Shown here in pieces: positions 36,457 to 49,981 of a stretch of DNA of 64,000 nucleotides. The DNA lies in assembly GCF_026210795.1 (NCBI RefSeq), contig NC_089435.1:5270001-5334000 (forward strand), read 5' to 3'. Source of the DNA: Rhizophagus irregularis (taxonomy: Eukaryota). How positions within the stretch are numbered: the stretch's first letter is position 1; each line of letters starts with the position of its first letter. The position numbers and the translations under genes are program-made. The notes beneath the pieces are model-generated. The model was not told the origin of the DNA. It saw only the letters and a program-made list of their open reading frames with translations, and did not search any database.

Positions 36457-38000
36457 GTAAGTTTCAAAGCGTTCGCTTCAAAACTTTTTTTTTAATTTTA
36501 TTTTTTATTGTTTATGAGGGAACGTTTCTAACGTTTCCTTTGGTTTTTTTTTGTAGGACCTTCGTTATTGTACTTCGGAGCGAAATGGTGAGTTTCGAAG
36601 CGTTTCACTTTGAAACTTTTTTTTTTAAAGTTTTTTTTTAATTAGGAAACATTACTGACGTTTCCTGTATTTTTTTGTAGGTCTTTTGGCTCGTTTTCAG
36701 TTCGAAATATTGAAAACGGTAAGTTTTGAAGCGTTCGCTTCAAAACTCTTAAAATTATTTTTTATCTTTTAGGAAACATTACTAATGTTTCTATATTTTT
36801 TTTGTAGGTTTTTGGCGTGTTCGATTCAGTATATTGAAAACAGTAAGTTTTTGACACGTCGAAACTTTAAAAAAAAAAAATATTTTTTTAAATTACTTTT
36901 TAGGAAACATTTCTAACGTTTTGATACTTTTTTTTTATAGGCCTTTCAGTGTGTTTGACCTCAGAAAACGAAATGGTAAGTTTCGAAGCGTTCGCTTCGA
37001 AACTTTTATTATTTTTTTTAATTTCTTTTAGGAAACGTTTCTAACGTTTCCTTTCTTTTTTTTGTGTAGGGATTTTGGTGACTTTGGAAAACTTGGAAAC
37101 GAAAGTTAAGTTTTTAAAGCTTTCGTTATAAAATGTTTTTTTTTTACTTTTTTATAAGGAACGTTTCTAACATTTCCTTTATTTTTTTTTGTAGGTCTTT
37201 CGTTATTTTTGGCTTTGGAAAACGGGAAATGAAAGGGTAAGTTTTAGCTTCGAAACTTTTTTAAAAATTTTTTTTTTAATTCTTTTTTTGTAAGGAAACG
37301 TTTCTAACGTTTCCTTTCCTTTCTTTTTGTGTAGGATTTACGGTATTCGACTGAAATGGTAAGTTTCACTTTGAAACTTATTATTTTTTTTTATTACTTT
37401 TAGAAAACGTTTACTAACGTTTCCTTTCTTTTTGTAGGTTCGGAAATATCTGGTATTGGATACGGGTCCTGAAACGGTAAGTTTCGTTTGCAATGAAACT
37501 TCCGTTTTTTTGTTTTTTTTCTTTAAAAAACGTTCTAACTTAACGTTTATCTTTTTTTTGTAGGTTCAAGAATATGGTTTTGGATATGGGTCATGAAACG
37601 GTAAGTTTCGTTCGCTACGAAACTTCTGTTGTTCTTTTTTTATTTCTTTTTAATTAGGAAATGTTTACTGACATTTCCTTTTTCTTTTATTTAGGTTTCG
37701 GGAATTCATATCTTGGTTAGTTGTTGTAGATTCAGCCGTTTCGAATTCGGAAACTTAGATTTGGTAAGTTTTGCGAAATATTTTTTTTTGTTTTTTTTTT
37801 AATATAAACGCTTGCTAATGTCTCTTGATTATTTTTTGTAGGTTTAAGCTCGTCTTCAACTGGAAACTTGAAATGGTAAGTTTCGTCGCGAAACTATATA
37901 TATATGTTTTTAATAGAAACGTTTCTAACGTTTCCTTTTTCTTTTTTGTAGATAGGCTTGGATCAGATTGTGTAAGTTTCATTAACGAAACTTTTATTTG
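36457..38000 (+). repeat. Tandem intron/micro-exon array (~12 units, ~130-bp period)
   Basis: Repeated GTAAGTTTCGAAGCGTTCGCTTCGAAAC...AGGAAACGTTTCTAACGTTTCCT...TTTTGTAG separated by variable exons, e.g. 36557-36587, 36681-36718, 36808-36842, 36941-36975. Confidence 0.85.
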
Positions 38001-40014
38001 TGTTTTTTTTATTTGAAATCCCACCTTGTTATTGTTGTGTCACCAGAGGCGCTTTGTCAACGGAAATTTAGTACGTTGATCGCTTAAAAATCTGCGGCAA
38101 TCCAATTATAACAAGAGGAATTAAATTTTTTAGATAATGTATTTGTATTATTTGTATTTTACAATAAATTTATAATATTTACAATTAAATTTTATATGTT
38201 AAATAATATACAATAAATTATGTTAATAAATTACTATAAAGTTAACTATTGTACAAACCATTGCTATACGCGTTTTTAATATCAATATACGCGTTTTTAT
38301 ACATTGTATACACGTTTTTAAACTATCGTTGTTTTACTACGTGTAGTTTTACATTTAAATTGGTGTTGTTTTACGCGTTTTTAAACATTTTTAAGTAGCG
38401 TTGATTGACAAAGGGTTTGTTTCCCTACGTTTTTTGGCGTTGAACAACACATGGCATTTTTTAACAATTTATACGCCTGTTTAAAACTTGCTGATGAGCT
38501 TTAAAGCTTTTGTTAATTGCAATATTTAATGGTTGCAATTTAAATGTGCAACCACCTGGAATTATGGCAATATTTGTATTTTTTTCTACCAACCGATTTT
38601 TAACAGAACTTATAATATGACTACGAAAAGAATCCAAAACCAGTAAGGAATGTGAATTACTAAAAGGGTTTCTTGAGATCCATACAGTTTCAATCCACCA
38701 TAGCATTTCCTTTTCATTCATCCATCTTTTTTCATTAGCTTGTATATGAATACCATATGGAAAATTTTCTTTTGGCACATTTTTCAATTTAAAAATGCAA
38801 ACTGCTAGAAGCTTACTGCCATCAGCTATACATACAAGCAGGGTTGGGAAATGTACTGTACTGAGTTTTTTTAGTATAAGTACATTTTTTTATATAAATT
38901 ACAGAGGTATTTTTAATCATATATACCCTGATTTTAAGTGGTCCAGTGATTAGATTTCAATAAAATTAAGCTTATTAGATTCGTCTCAATGAGAGGAATT
39001 TAATAGTATTTATTTTATCATAAATAAATAAATATTGACAGAGTTAGCATTTGAAGTAACTTTATTAAATATATGGTATTTAAAATTTTAAGTACAATGT
39101 ACTAATTGTACTGTACTGTACTGTACTGTACTGTACTAAAATTTTACCTTGTACGTCATATTTTAAGCTGCTGTCATGCAAGTCTACTTTATAAAAGATG
39201 ACATTCATGGCGCGTAGTATGAATGCTGACTGTTTTTGTGCCCTTATGGTCTATAGTGAAATTACTTGGCAAATCAAACCATAGTAGTGTCTCATCTATA
39301 TTACCTATATATTTTAATGGATAGTCATGCTGAATCCTTCTATATAAAATATAATTCAAAAAAACGTTTTGTTTTTCAATTAAATCTAATGGTAATTGTT
39401 ATGCTATAGTTATTTTACGACATTTACTAAGATTATATTTTCCTAAAAAACCACTTAGCCATTTATTTGAAAATTTAAATGAAGTGATATTTGGATTATT
39501 TGCTAAAAAATCCTGATTTCTAGACAACGTAATAGCTTTTTTGGTAATCATTTTTTGAGTAACAGGATTTTGATTCGTTTTTTTTTCACAAATCCACGTA
39601 AATAAATCATCTTCTAAATCTGGATATTTGGCAGATTTACCCGAAAGAAGCTTAAGAAAGGACCCCAGATATCTAATATAAAGGTCATAATAAACTTTTG
39701 GCCAAAAATACCTCTTTTTGCTGAAACTCGAAAAATCGTTTTTTGTAAATATCTCAGCATCCAGTGATTCAATTTTAATGAAATATTTTTTATTTTGTAG
39801 CCCTCATTTAGCTCTACAATTTAAAAAAAAAGTTCATTAAATTTGGACCACTGGATGCCGAGATATTTACAAAAAACGATTTTTTGAACTCCTGAAAAAT
39901 GGGCCAATCTGCCGAAAGTGTGACTTGAACTCTTTCTTGTAGATCCTTGGTCAAAAATTTCACGAAAGAAATTTTTACTCTTCGTATTAACACATCTCTT
40001 ATTTTACTACTAAA

Positions 40015-42170
40015 ATGCCTCCCAAAGGTAACAAAAAAGCTGGCAATAACCCTAACAGGGGACCTGCCAAGTGACAAGACAAACGAAACAAAAATAAAGA
40101 CTCTGGCTCTGACGTTTCGAACTCAGATAATGAACAAACAAACAATAAAAACAACCCTTCCAAACGTACCCGTACGCTTCCAGATAATCCTATGGAAGAA
40201 GACTACGTCGCCGACTCAGCGGCTGACGCTGGAGGTAGCAATACTACTCCTTCTCAACAAAATAATGCTGACAATTTTACGTCTCCTCCTCCCAAAGATA
40301 CTACTGCGCCTTCTGCGCCTGGTTCTGTCGTGTCTGGTACCGACGTGTCCATGCATGCTCCAAAAGACAAAGAAACTTCCCCCTTAGACGCGTCTCCTAA
40401 TAAGGATATTATGGATACCAATAATACTTCTCCTCTTCCCCTTGACACGCCCACTATTTCCATTCTTAGGTATGATTATCAGGCTGCTGCGGCGCCTAAT
40501 ACTTCCCCTGAATTTGTCAAAAAGTATCCTACCAATCGGGCTATGATTGACGCTGTCAATAATCTCCTTTTGAAAACTTATCACTCTTACACTGGCCGTG
40601 CTCGTATGTCTGGTTCTGGTGACCTCAAAAGATTGGTCATTCATTTTAATTCAACTACTGAACGTGATGCCTGCCTTTCTCTCCAACATGATGATCTTGC
40701 CGATCTCAAATTCTTTCTGTATGACCCTCAGCAACTCCGAACTGATGAAGATCTCTGGGCTATTCAAGTTACTGACATCCCGTTTTTCATCAAAAAGGAT
40801 GATATTATTGCTCTTTTTAAAAAATATGGTAACATACAATCCTGTCGCCTCCATACACGTGCCAACACTAAAGTCCAGCAAGCTCGTATCATTTATGATG
40901 ATGCTTCCTCCATCCAACATTTCATAAATAAACAGTGGGCGATTTATTGTTATTCCACTTGTTTACGCATTACGCCTTGCTCTCTCTCCCTCGATCAAAA
41001 GAAATCACGGCGTGAATTCATCGCTGTTTTATCTCAGCTCCCTTCTAACACAAAAGATGTGCATTTAGCGCCCTTAGTACGATCAATTGGCGCTATGGCC
41101 GTCAATATCCCCCTATCTCTTAATTTTTACAAACCTAAATGATGGGCTTACATCACCTTTAAATCATAACAAATGATGGACACCGCAATGGAACAATCAA
41201 TCGTTCTGCAAGGTCATAGGCTCCAATGGGAACTCCCGGAGAATACAAATAAGCTTTGCCATAGATGTGGCAAACTTGGCTGCGCTCTTACTGCATGCCC
41301 ATTGAACAATTCTCGAGGTTGCTCACGCACCCGTAACCCTGTTGCACACTTAAAAGAACGTTTCAAAATTGGACAATCGAATAACTCTAACTCTTCTGCC
41401 AATCAAAGTAGACATCGTTCCCGTTCTCAATCCAAAGATCGTTCTAATTCTCGACAACATAATCATTTAGCCAGTCATACTGGACAGAACAATAATAATA
41501 CCAATAATATTTCCTCGCCCAATTTTTCTACTTCCGATAATTCTACCCAATCTGCACAACGACCTCGATTTAATGAGCGTAAAGGCAAAGACCGTTCAGT
41601 TTCCTTTTCCACTTCCCAACGTAATAGTACCTCTACTCCCAACTCATCTGGCCATAAACCTCCTTTGGTGGATCTTAATTGTCCCCAAATTCAGGAGATT
41701 CTCTCGGTGCTTAGAAGCCTTCAAGATGATATGGCTAGTGTACATGCTAGAATTTATGCTCTTGAATTAGCTGATCAGAGAATGTCTCAGCTCGAACTTC
41801 GTGTTTTTGGACATATGCAAGATGATGTTCTCCCACCTGATTCCAATGATTCCTCACATATGCTTGTTGACAACCACCAACGCACCCCCCTTATATAACA
41901 CAATCCAACTCGCCCACTTCGTACAAGCCTTTTTCTGGCCCGGTTCTCCCTCTCCCATCGGTTCCTGTCTTCCGTTCCACCATTTCCTTCTTTCCCATCC
42001 CCGAAACTGCTGATGAAGTTACCATTAATAAAGAACGTGCTGAAATTTATTCCTTTCAACGATCTTTAGATAACAAATTCGATCACCTATCCAGCTCTAT
42101 TGAAAGATTTATTAGCTCCATTTCTGGTGGCTCTTCCTCGGACTTAGTCAATAAGACTTCGTCTGATTAA
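40015..42170 (+). pseudogene. LINE ORF1 (RRM-like domains, degenerate Zn knuckle, coiled coil)
   Basis: ATG at 40015; IQVTDIPFF..FKKYGNI, CHRCGKLG; internal stops and a frameshift. Confidence 0.8.
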
Positions 42171-42217
42171 TTTGTTATCCTTCTCTTTCACCCCGCAGTT
42201 TTTATCATAGTGTTATA

Positions 42218-45200
42218 ATGATGAATGATAATATAGATTATGATACCTTTGTGCGAAATCCCCCCAACCCCGTTGATTTTAGTGATATTTTTAATGATCT
42301 TTTATCTGATACTTTATTTTCTTCCTCTTCTTCTACTTCCCCCATTCCCAATTCTTTTAACATTTCTTCCTTTAATGTTAATGGTCTTAAAACTCCTGGT
42401 CAAGGTTCCTTTAAAATGGACCAAATTTCTTCTTTCTTTTTACAAAATCATATTTCCTTTGGCAGTATTGTTGATACTCATCTATCGCCTAAACAAATGA
42501 AATTTTTATCTAAACGAGTTTGTGATTATACCATATGGGCCGATCCTTGGAATCTAATTTTTTTACACAAAAATAATTTTATTAAAGCAAATATAAATTA
42601 TCATTTATATAAGAATAATAAATTTATACTAGATAATGCAAAAAAAACTAATTAATTATATAATTTTTAATTTTTTTTTAATATAAGATATCATTAAAAT
42701 TTAAAAGATCAAATATAACTCTCATGACAAAATCATTGATAATTCTTCGTAGAAATAAGCTATACAAATAAATTTACATTCATTTGAAAGAGAAAATCGA
42801 GATCTATCTAATGAATCTAAAATCAAGTGAATTGAATCACTAGTTGTTCAGTAATCACGTTCAGTATATTTATTGAATTTTATCTAAATTTGATCATTAA
42901 TTACTTCACATGTAGTGATTCAATTTGAATGATCTTTGCTCCCTAAGGTGATGCCAACTTTTATCTTTAAAATAAATTTAAAATAATTCGTTTAATATAT
43001 GTAGATGTTTAGGAATCATCAATTATATTATTAATATAAAATTTTATAAGTTTGATAAAATCTGATATAAAAAAATTTATTAAATACCTGTAGATGCAAG
43101 CTACACGAATGAAATTATATTCATTTGAAAGAGAAAATTGAGGTCTATCTAATAAGCCTAAAATCGAATGAATTGAATCACTGGATTGTGAATAATTACG
43201 TCTAATATATTTATTTTTAATTTTTAAATTTGATTTGACTTTGATCGTTAATTACGCCTCATCCAGTGATCCAATTTTCCTGATCTTTGATTCTTACGAT
43301 AGAGCAAATTCTCAGCTTTCAAATGAATGTAAAATGATGACGTTAGCATATCTCCAGGAATAATAATGCACGATTTTGTCACCTGCATAAAGTCCGATCT
43401 GAAAATTTTATTTCTTACCAAAAAATGCTTTCATAAGAGAATCCCAAATTCTTTTACTTTATTTAAAAGATTTTATTTGCCATTTAAGGATTTTAGTAGA
43501 ATAAATCTAATAAAATAATTTTAAAAGATAAAAAACAAATATATAATTAGTTATTTTGAAAAAAAAAGAATATCTTATTATTCATTTTACAACTATTTTA
43601 CATCATAATTATTTTTTATTTGCATGTATTTTATATAAAGAAAAAACAATAAATTAAAGCTAAAAATTATGAAAAAATATGTCTTATCTATGTATATAAA
43701 ATATTAAGTTTTTTCTTTTACTTACCACTTAAAAATAACTGCTATATTTGCTTATAAACTTTTTTGTCATATTTAATAAAAGTGAATAGAAAAATGATGG
43801 AAAAGTGATGGGCAGTGATGGGGAAAAAGAAGTGGTTATTACCGTTATTTTTGAATATTGATTAAAAAAATTTTTTTTATTTTTTATTAAATCTGAGTTA
43901 CGTAAATATGTAACACATATTTAATTTAGATTTGTGTAATGTTAATCTTACTAAAATATTAAATTTTTATAAAAATCTTAATTTAGACTAATTCCAAAAA
44001 TCGGCACATATGCTTCTTTTCATTCTGATTTGGATTCCACCAAACACGGCCGGTCTTCTGGTGGTGTTTCTTTATTCATACATAACTCGTTAGCCACTCA
44101 TGTTCAATTTTATTAATCCCATTCCTCCTGAATTCTTTCTGTAGACTTGTTTTTTAAAGGCAATGTTAAATTGCGTATATTTGTCGTCTATATCCCACCT
44201 ACAAATGATCTAGTTCTTCGTTACGAAGTCATTGATCAATTAATTTCTCTAATTTCCCAAACTTCTTCACAAAACTTTCACCATGCTATTTGCGGTGATT
44301 TCAATATGAATTTAGAGAAATATTACTCTATTTTTTTGCATCAACCTCAGGTTGCTGCTAAACGAATTCACAAATTGTTTCACTATTTGCTTTCTCATAA
44401 TTATGAGGACTGCATTCCCTTTAATTTATCCGGTACCTTAGGTACTTATCATCATTTGGATACTATTACCCGTATTGACTTTGTTTGGTCTTGTCCACTT
44501 CTTCGCCAATATTTGTTAACAGCTTCTATTTTTGATGCTCATGATTTACACATTTCTGACCATAACCTTATTATTACATATTTTGATGTTTCATTATTAT
44601 CAGATGCTATTAAATCTGCACGAGCTCGTCAAATTGGTCGTAATACTCGACATGTTTTTAAATATGATTCTATTTCTACTGAACAGTGGACTGTTTTTGC
44701 TGATGATTTGGATAAATTATGTCCAATTGATCCACTTATTTTTGACGCTTGGCCTCTCAATCAGAAGTGTGAATATCTCCATTCTAGGATTATCAAAGCT
44801 GCTAATTCCGCCTTACCTTCAATTACTGTGGGCAATACTTATGTTCCAAAAAAGCCTAAAGACTTGGAAAGTTTATGCCAATCTTATAGATTTTTGTCTA
44901 AAGTGGCTAAGACTATCCGTTTTCTTCACAAGACCCCTACATTATATTCTATTCATCATGAAACCAAGTGGTCTTCATATTATATACGTCTTAATAATAT
45001 TTTATCCTTTTATAAACAAACCTTTGTTACGCCTATTATTTTTCCTCTCTTTCTTCGAGATGCAAGAATTGATGATTTTGCCAATTTACTTCAAATTCTA
45101 GAAAATATGACTTTGCTTTTGCAAAGTCTTCTTTTGCTTAAAGAAAAAGAATTTCAAGCCTTTTCTATCCAGGCTAAAATTGATGCTCGGAATGATAACT

Positions 45201-48200
45201 TCACCAATGATATTTCCACTTTTATTGAATCTGCTTTGTCACAAACCAGACAACAAATTGTTCTTGATCGTGTTTTCATTGATCATCCAACACACCCTAC
45301 TTTATTAACTTCTCCAGATGCTATTGATCAAGAAGTTATTGAACATTTTCAAAACTTTGTTCCAATTACTTCTACTCTTCCATCTTCCATACAGGAATTA
45401 CCTGAACGATGGTCTAATGCTTATGCACCATTTGCTGATGTTTCTCCAGCTATTTTTGATTCACTAATGGATCCTCCTACCCTTGATGAATGGTCCTTAA
45501 CAATTTCCTTCATGCCTAATGATAAAGCCCCAGGACCTTCCATAATCTCGTATGAGATGTTAAAACACCTAGGTCCTTCTGCTTCTGCTCTGCTTTTCAA
45601 CTTGATTTGCGCCTGTTTATCAGACACAAATATCCCTGACTTATGGAGACAAGCTACTGTCTTTCCTATTCCCAAACCGCATGAATGGAAGTGCTAACTC
45701 AAAAATACTCGTCCTATTACTTTATTGGAGGTGATTTGCAAGGCTTTGGTTAAGCTCTTTTACAATCGTCTCGCTCCTTTGCTCGCCTCCCACCATGTTC
45801 TTCAAGGTGGTAATTTCGCAGGTTTACCTGGGGGTTCCTACCGTGATCCTATTATTACTCTGGAATCCATCATCCATGACTCAGTAGTCACTAAACAACC
45901 TTTATGGATCCTCTCCCAAGACATTTCAAAAGCATTTGATTCTGTAGATTTATCTATGTTGCGTTTTGCTCTTTAACGTTTACGTTTGCCTCAAAATGCA
46001 ATTCAATTCTTACTCTCTTTATTTATGTCACGTTCTAACCGTGTCATTACTGCACATGGCCCTACTCCACCATATAGAGTTAGAATTGGAATAGACCAAG
46101 GTGAAGTTATCTCTCCGCTTTTATGGGTTATTTATTTAGACCTTCTACTTACAACTCTTAAACATGAGAAGAAAGACCCTTATTGTTTGGTCTCTCCATT
46201 GGCTCCCTATACTGTTTTATCAAATTCTTGCTCTCCGGACGTTTTAGAAATTAATAATTTGGTGTTCATGGATGATTCTACTTTAATCTCTTCTTCTAAA
46301 GAAGGAATGGAACATATGTTGTCTATTACTGAAGAATTTTATTGTTTAAACAACACCTCAGCCAACCATAACAAATATGTTTTAGCCACTAATGCAATTG
46401 CTGCTTCTCGAGATTTGTCTCCTATAGCCTTTAATTTTATCGCTCAACTCCACGCCCAACATTATTGTTACTCCTATCCCTATGTCCTCATCTTTCCGGT
46501 TTTTAGGAGTTTGGTTTAATATTAACGGCTCTAGAAACTTTATCCGACAACAACTTAAACGAGAATGTAATTCTTTCTCTGCAATTCTTCGCTCTGCGAA
46601 ATTGACTGTTCAACAAGTGGTGTATCTTTATAATACTGTCTTGATCCCGAAATTGGATTTTTGAATGCAAGTCACACATTTATCTGAGGCTGAATGTTCC
46701 ACTATTACTTCTTCAGTTCGTGCTCTAGTTAAACACAAGGCCAAATTATCACGCTCTGTTCCTAATGTGGTGTTATATTTAACACATGCTTTGGGTTTGA
46801 TCAATTTATTTTCATTTCAACAACAAAGTCATTTTACTAATTTATTTTTGTTAGCAAATTCTTCTTCTGTTTTTATGAAATCATTATTCAATTATAGGTT
46901 GCGATTTATTCAATTTTATTGTTTAATTCCTATTTCTCCTTTGATGGTTTTGGATTGGACTTGTTGGTCTTCTCTTATAATTTTTAAACAAGATTATATC
47001 GCTAATACTCTAGCTTCATTACTCTCAACTCCCTTTCATTTGTCACACGCTAATCTATCATCTGTGCCTGATTTAACCTACCCCAATGGCCATACTCCCA
47101 TTTATCAATGTCTTTCTTTGGATGTATTTAAAGCCAATTTAACAAGACTTCGAAAACGCGGCCTTTTTTACTTTTCGCAACTTTTGACACCTCAAGGAAC
47201 ACATTTGCTCTCTTGGTCTGTCATATATGTTAATTCTGTTCAAAAGCGTGATAATGCCCGTCTTTCCAATTGGTACAAAAATCTCTCCACTAATGTCACG
47301 ATTCCAGATAAACCTGGTTTGTTAAAAGACCAATTTATGGCTGAACAACGACCTGTGAGCCAGATTGCAAAAGAACTTGCTCCTTGCATTCCTCCTTCTG
47401 GTTATAAGAAGAATTGGATTGTCACGATGAATGATGATGGCTTGGAAAACAGATCCAGATCCAACCCAAACGCTTCACATGTACTATTGTACATTGGATT
47501 TCAGACTGCTTATCTCATTCGAGCGATTTGATTATTCTACAACCTTGTCCTGGCTGCAATTTAAATATAAATAAATCTTCCTATTCAAAGAAATCAGTTG
47601 CTACTGGTTCTGTTTCCTGCTCTTATTCAGCCTCTCTTCGTCAGTCATGGATCTTACCTATGAAGAAATCATCTATTTTGATTCACACATCCAGCTTGAT
47701 TGCTACGGTGTCGTGAGTGGAAATCATGGATTTTGTTACTTCTTTTTGTAATCCTTCAGTTCGCTTGATGCCTGCTGCTGATCTTTCTCATACTTCCTTT
47801 AATACTGTTGACAGGACTTTGCCTACTCCACATTTGCTTACGGCTGGCGATGTTGCTGCTTCATCATCGGTCGTGTTTTCTCCAGACTCTTAATATATCT
47901 TTTACACTGATGGTTCTCTTATCAATTTAAGAACGTGTGATATTTCTATAGGATGGGGCTGGGTTCAAATTGTCAAGGATTCTGGCTTTCTTAATTCTAT
48001 TGCCACTTACAGTATAAGCGGGTATTATTCGTGATTGGCCTTCCTTTTCACGAGCCGAAGCTGCTGCTATTTATGCAGCTTTATCAGCCTCTCCTGCCAA
48101 CTCTGTAGTTCATATTTATACAGACTCACAGTCTTCCATCGAGGGTTTGAAACATTGTTTCTTATCTGATTATTCAGATACTCGTCTTTATTATAAGACT

Positions 48201-49346
48201 ACCAATTTTGAACTTTAGGCCATCATTCAACAACTGATTGTGAATAAACAACTTTCAGTTTTACCTTTCAAGGTTAAAGCTCACTCTAATTTTTATTGGA
48301 ATGACTTCGCTGACTCTCTTGCCAATACTGCCCATACATCTGACGATGCTATTCTTATCTTCCGCCTCGACCTTGCTGCAGTTCATGATTATATTATGAC
48401 TTATGATGACGTAATTTGTGAATCCAACCCAAGACATCTGTTTAAACAATATCATCAGATGTTGTATATGAAAGACCTTTTAGCTCTTTCTCGCTTCCGT
48501 TTTATTTCTCTTTTAACAGATCCATCCTATTACGTGGTTGATTGGGCTATTACTTGGTACACGTTAATGTTCCAACCTAAATTTGATAATTCCTTCACCA
48601 AGGAAAATGTCTCTAGACATCACACATTGAAATTCCAACTCTTTCTGAAAAACTTACCTACTTTAGAATCGCTGAAAAGGACACGACCTGATTTATACAT
48701 AGAGATTCTTACCTGTCGTTCTTGTGAAGACCACCTAGAAGATTTTATGCATTTATTTTTATGCAAAAAACGCCACGTCAAATTACACCAAATTTTAACA
48801 TCATATCTCCACCATCTTACCCAAAAAATTAAAGAAGCGGGTGATAATGCCAATTGCGATTACTCTTCTCTAGTTGATAAAGTTACTTCCCTTCCTTGCT
48901 GGACTTTCTCATCTAACAACTGGTCTTCCTATAGTCTTGTCCGTGGCTGTTTGCCTACCACCTTTCTGGAAGTTTTTAAAAACTTAGGTATTCCTCGCCT
49001 CACTGCTATGAATGTGGTTGCTGCCATACATAACAATTTTGTCAACAAATTCCGTAAACAAATTTGGAATCCGCGTTCATATGATAAAGGATTATGGGAA
49101 CGTGCGATAAACATTTTTTCGAAACTTAAACAATCTCCAAGGCCTAAAGGTTTGCCCAAATCTTCTTATTTACCTTACTCGTCTTTACCACCTCTGACCC
49201 ATGTTGATTCACGTGACTCTGGAACCGATTGGTTAAAAAACTTGATGCAATATGGATTATCTTGGTTTAATCACATTTCAGGTTTTATGGGTCGTCTAAC
49301 GGTGCTACTTAATAACCGCTTTTGCAGGATGGAGTGTCGATTTTAA
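42218..49346 (+). pseudogene. LINE ORF2 (APE endonuclease, RT, RNase H, C-terminal Zn finger), interrupted
   Basis: APE: SFNVNGL, GDFN, RIDFVW, SDH. RT: KAPGP, RPITL, DISKAFDSV, QGEVISPLL, FMDD. RNase H: YTDGS, RAE, TDSQ, VKAHS..NDFADSLA. Zn finger: CRSC..EDFMHLFLC. Confidence 0.92.
42532..44012. mobile_element. Non-autonomous TIR element inserted in the LINE endonuclease region
   Basis: CATATGGGCCGATCCTTGGAAT / ATTCCAAAAATCGGCACATATG; APE coding sequence resumes after 44012; no clear TSD. Confidence 0.8.
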
Positions 49347-49981
49347 TAGTGGGCGCGTCATTCGTTATTTTGTTAGCATAGTTGCTTCCACTTTGGTTGG
49401 AATATATCAGGGGAGATCTAGGAAGTGTTAGTATTAGCGAATTTTCTTTTGAACTTTCTTTTAATTTTAATTTCTTTCTAGGAGACTATATAGCTTTGTT
49501 TTTAGTTAGTTTTTATTTTATTTTCTTTTTCTTATATGTAATTTTGTAAAGTTTGATAAATAATTAATAAAGATAAAGGCTACTATGCCATGTTTGCCCG
49601 AAAGTGTGACTTAGTGATCATCTCCCGTTGGGCTCTGCCCATTTTTTCCCAAGAAGACATGGATGAAAAATATGAGGATTTTTTGCCTTGAGTGATAGTA
49701 AAAGGACTTTTCGACGTTATATGAAGTTATTACCAAGATCTTTAGTTTCGCTCCAGACTCTTTACGGCTTATATTGAGTTAGGACCATTATGTGAGTTTT
49801 GGAGTTACCAATACTGTAAGATGGCAGTTCCATACAAACGTTTTTCTGGGCTTTCTGAAAGGTTAAAAGTAGTGCGTTTTGGTTCCTACACCTTTAAAGT
49901 CTAACTGGCCAAGTGGTTCGCAGGCTGGACAAGTATTTCTTGGAAGGAGCTCCTGACCAACATATTTCTTACTAGTTGATG

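Larger units (their letters stand above)
34441..38496. mobile_element. Non-coding 4-kb DNA element with CATCAGCAAGTTT TIRs and a 2-bp TSD (CMC/CACTA-like)
   Basis: CATCAGCAAGTTT / AAACTTGCTGATG flanked by AG; removing it restores pogo F-K-A-K followed by an intron donor. Confidence 0.85.
33890..38838 (-). pseudogene. pogo DDE_1 transposase fragments split by the 34441-38496 insertion
   Basis: 38497-38838: ADGSKL..IFK..WMN..LLVLDSFRSH..IPGGCT.KLQPLN..NKSFKA. 33890-34440: YNNWMS..RIKRPSYSTVAT..LIRRFFKCC plus an acidic tail. Confidence 0.85.
39927..49597 (+). mobile_element. Full-length decayed non-LTR retrotransposon (L1/Tx1-like, with RNase H)
   Basis: ORF1 plus ORF2 flanked by the 15-bp direct repeat CCGAAAGTGTGACTT (39912-39926 and 49598-49612). 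Confidence 0.9.

Noticed and set aside
36457..38000. CRISPR array (palindromic repeats with ~35-nt variable spacers); also 52640-55990
   Set aside because: Repeats are ~90-100 nt, degenerate and carry spliceosomal signals; the context is eukaryotic and there are no cas genes.
38839..39151. hAT MITE starting CAGGGTTGGG with GTACT repeats
   Set aside because: It truncates the pogo gene, but I could not find a matching right TIR or TSD.
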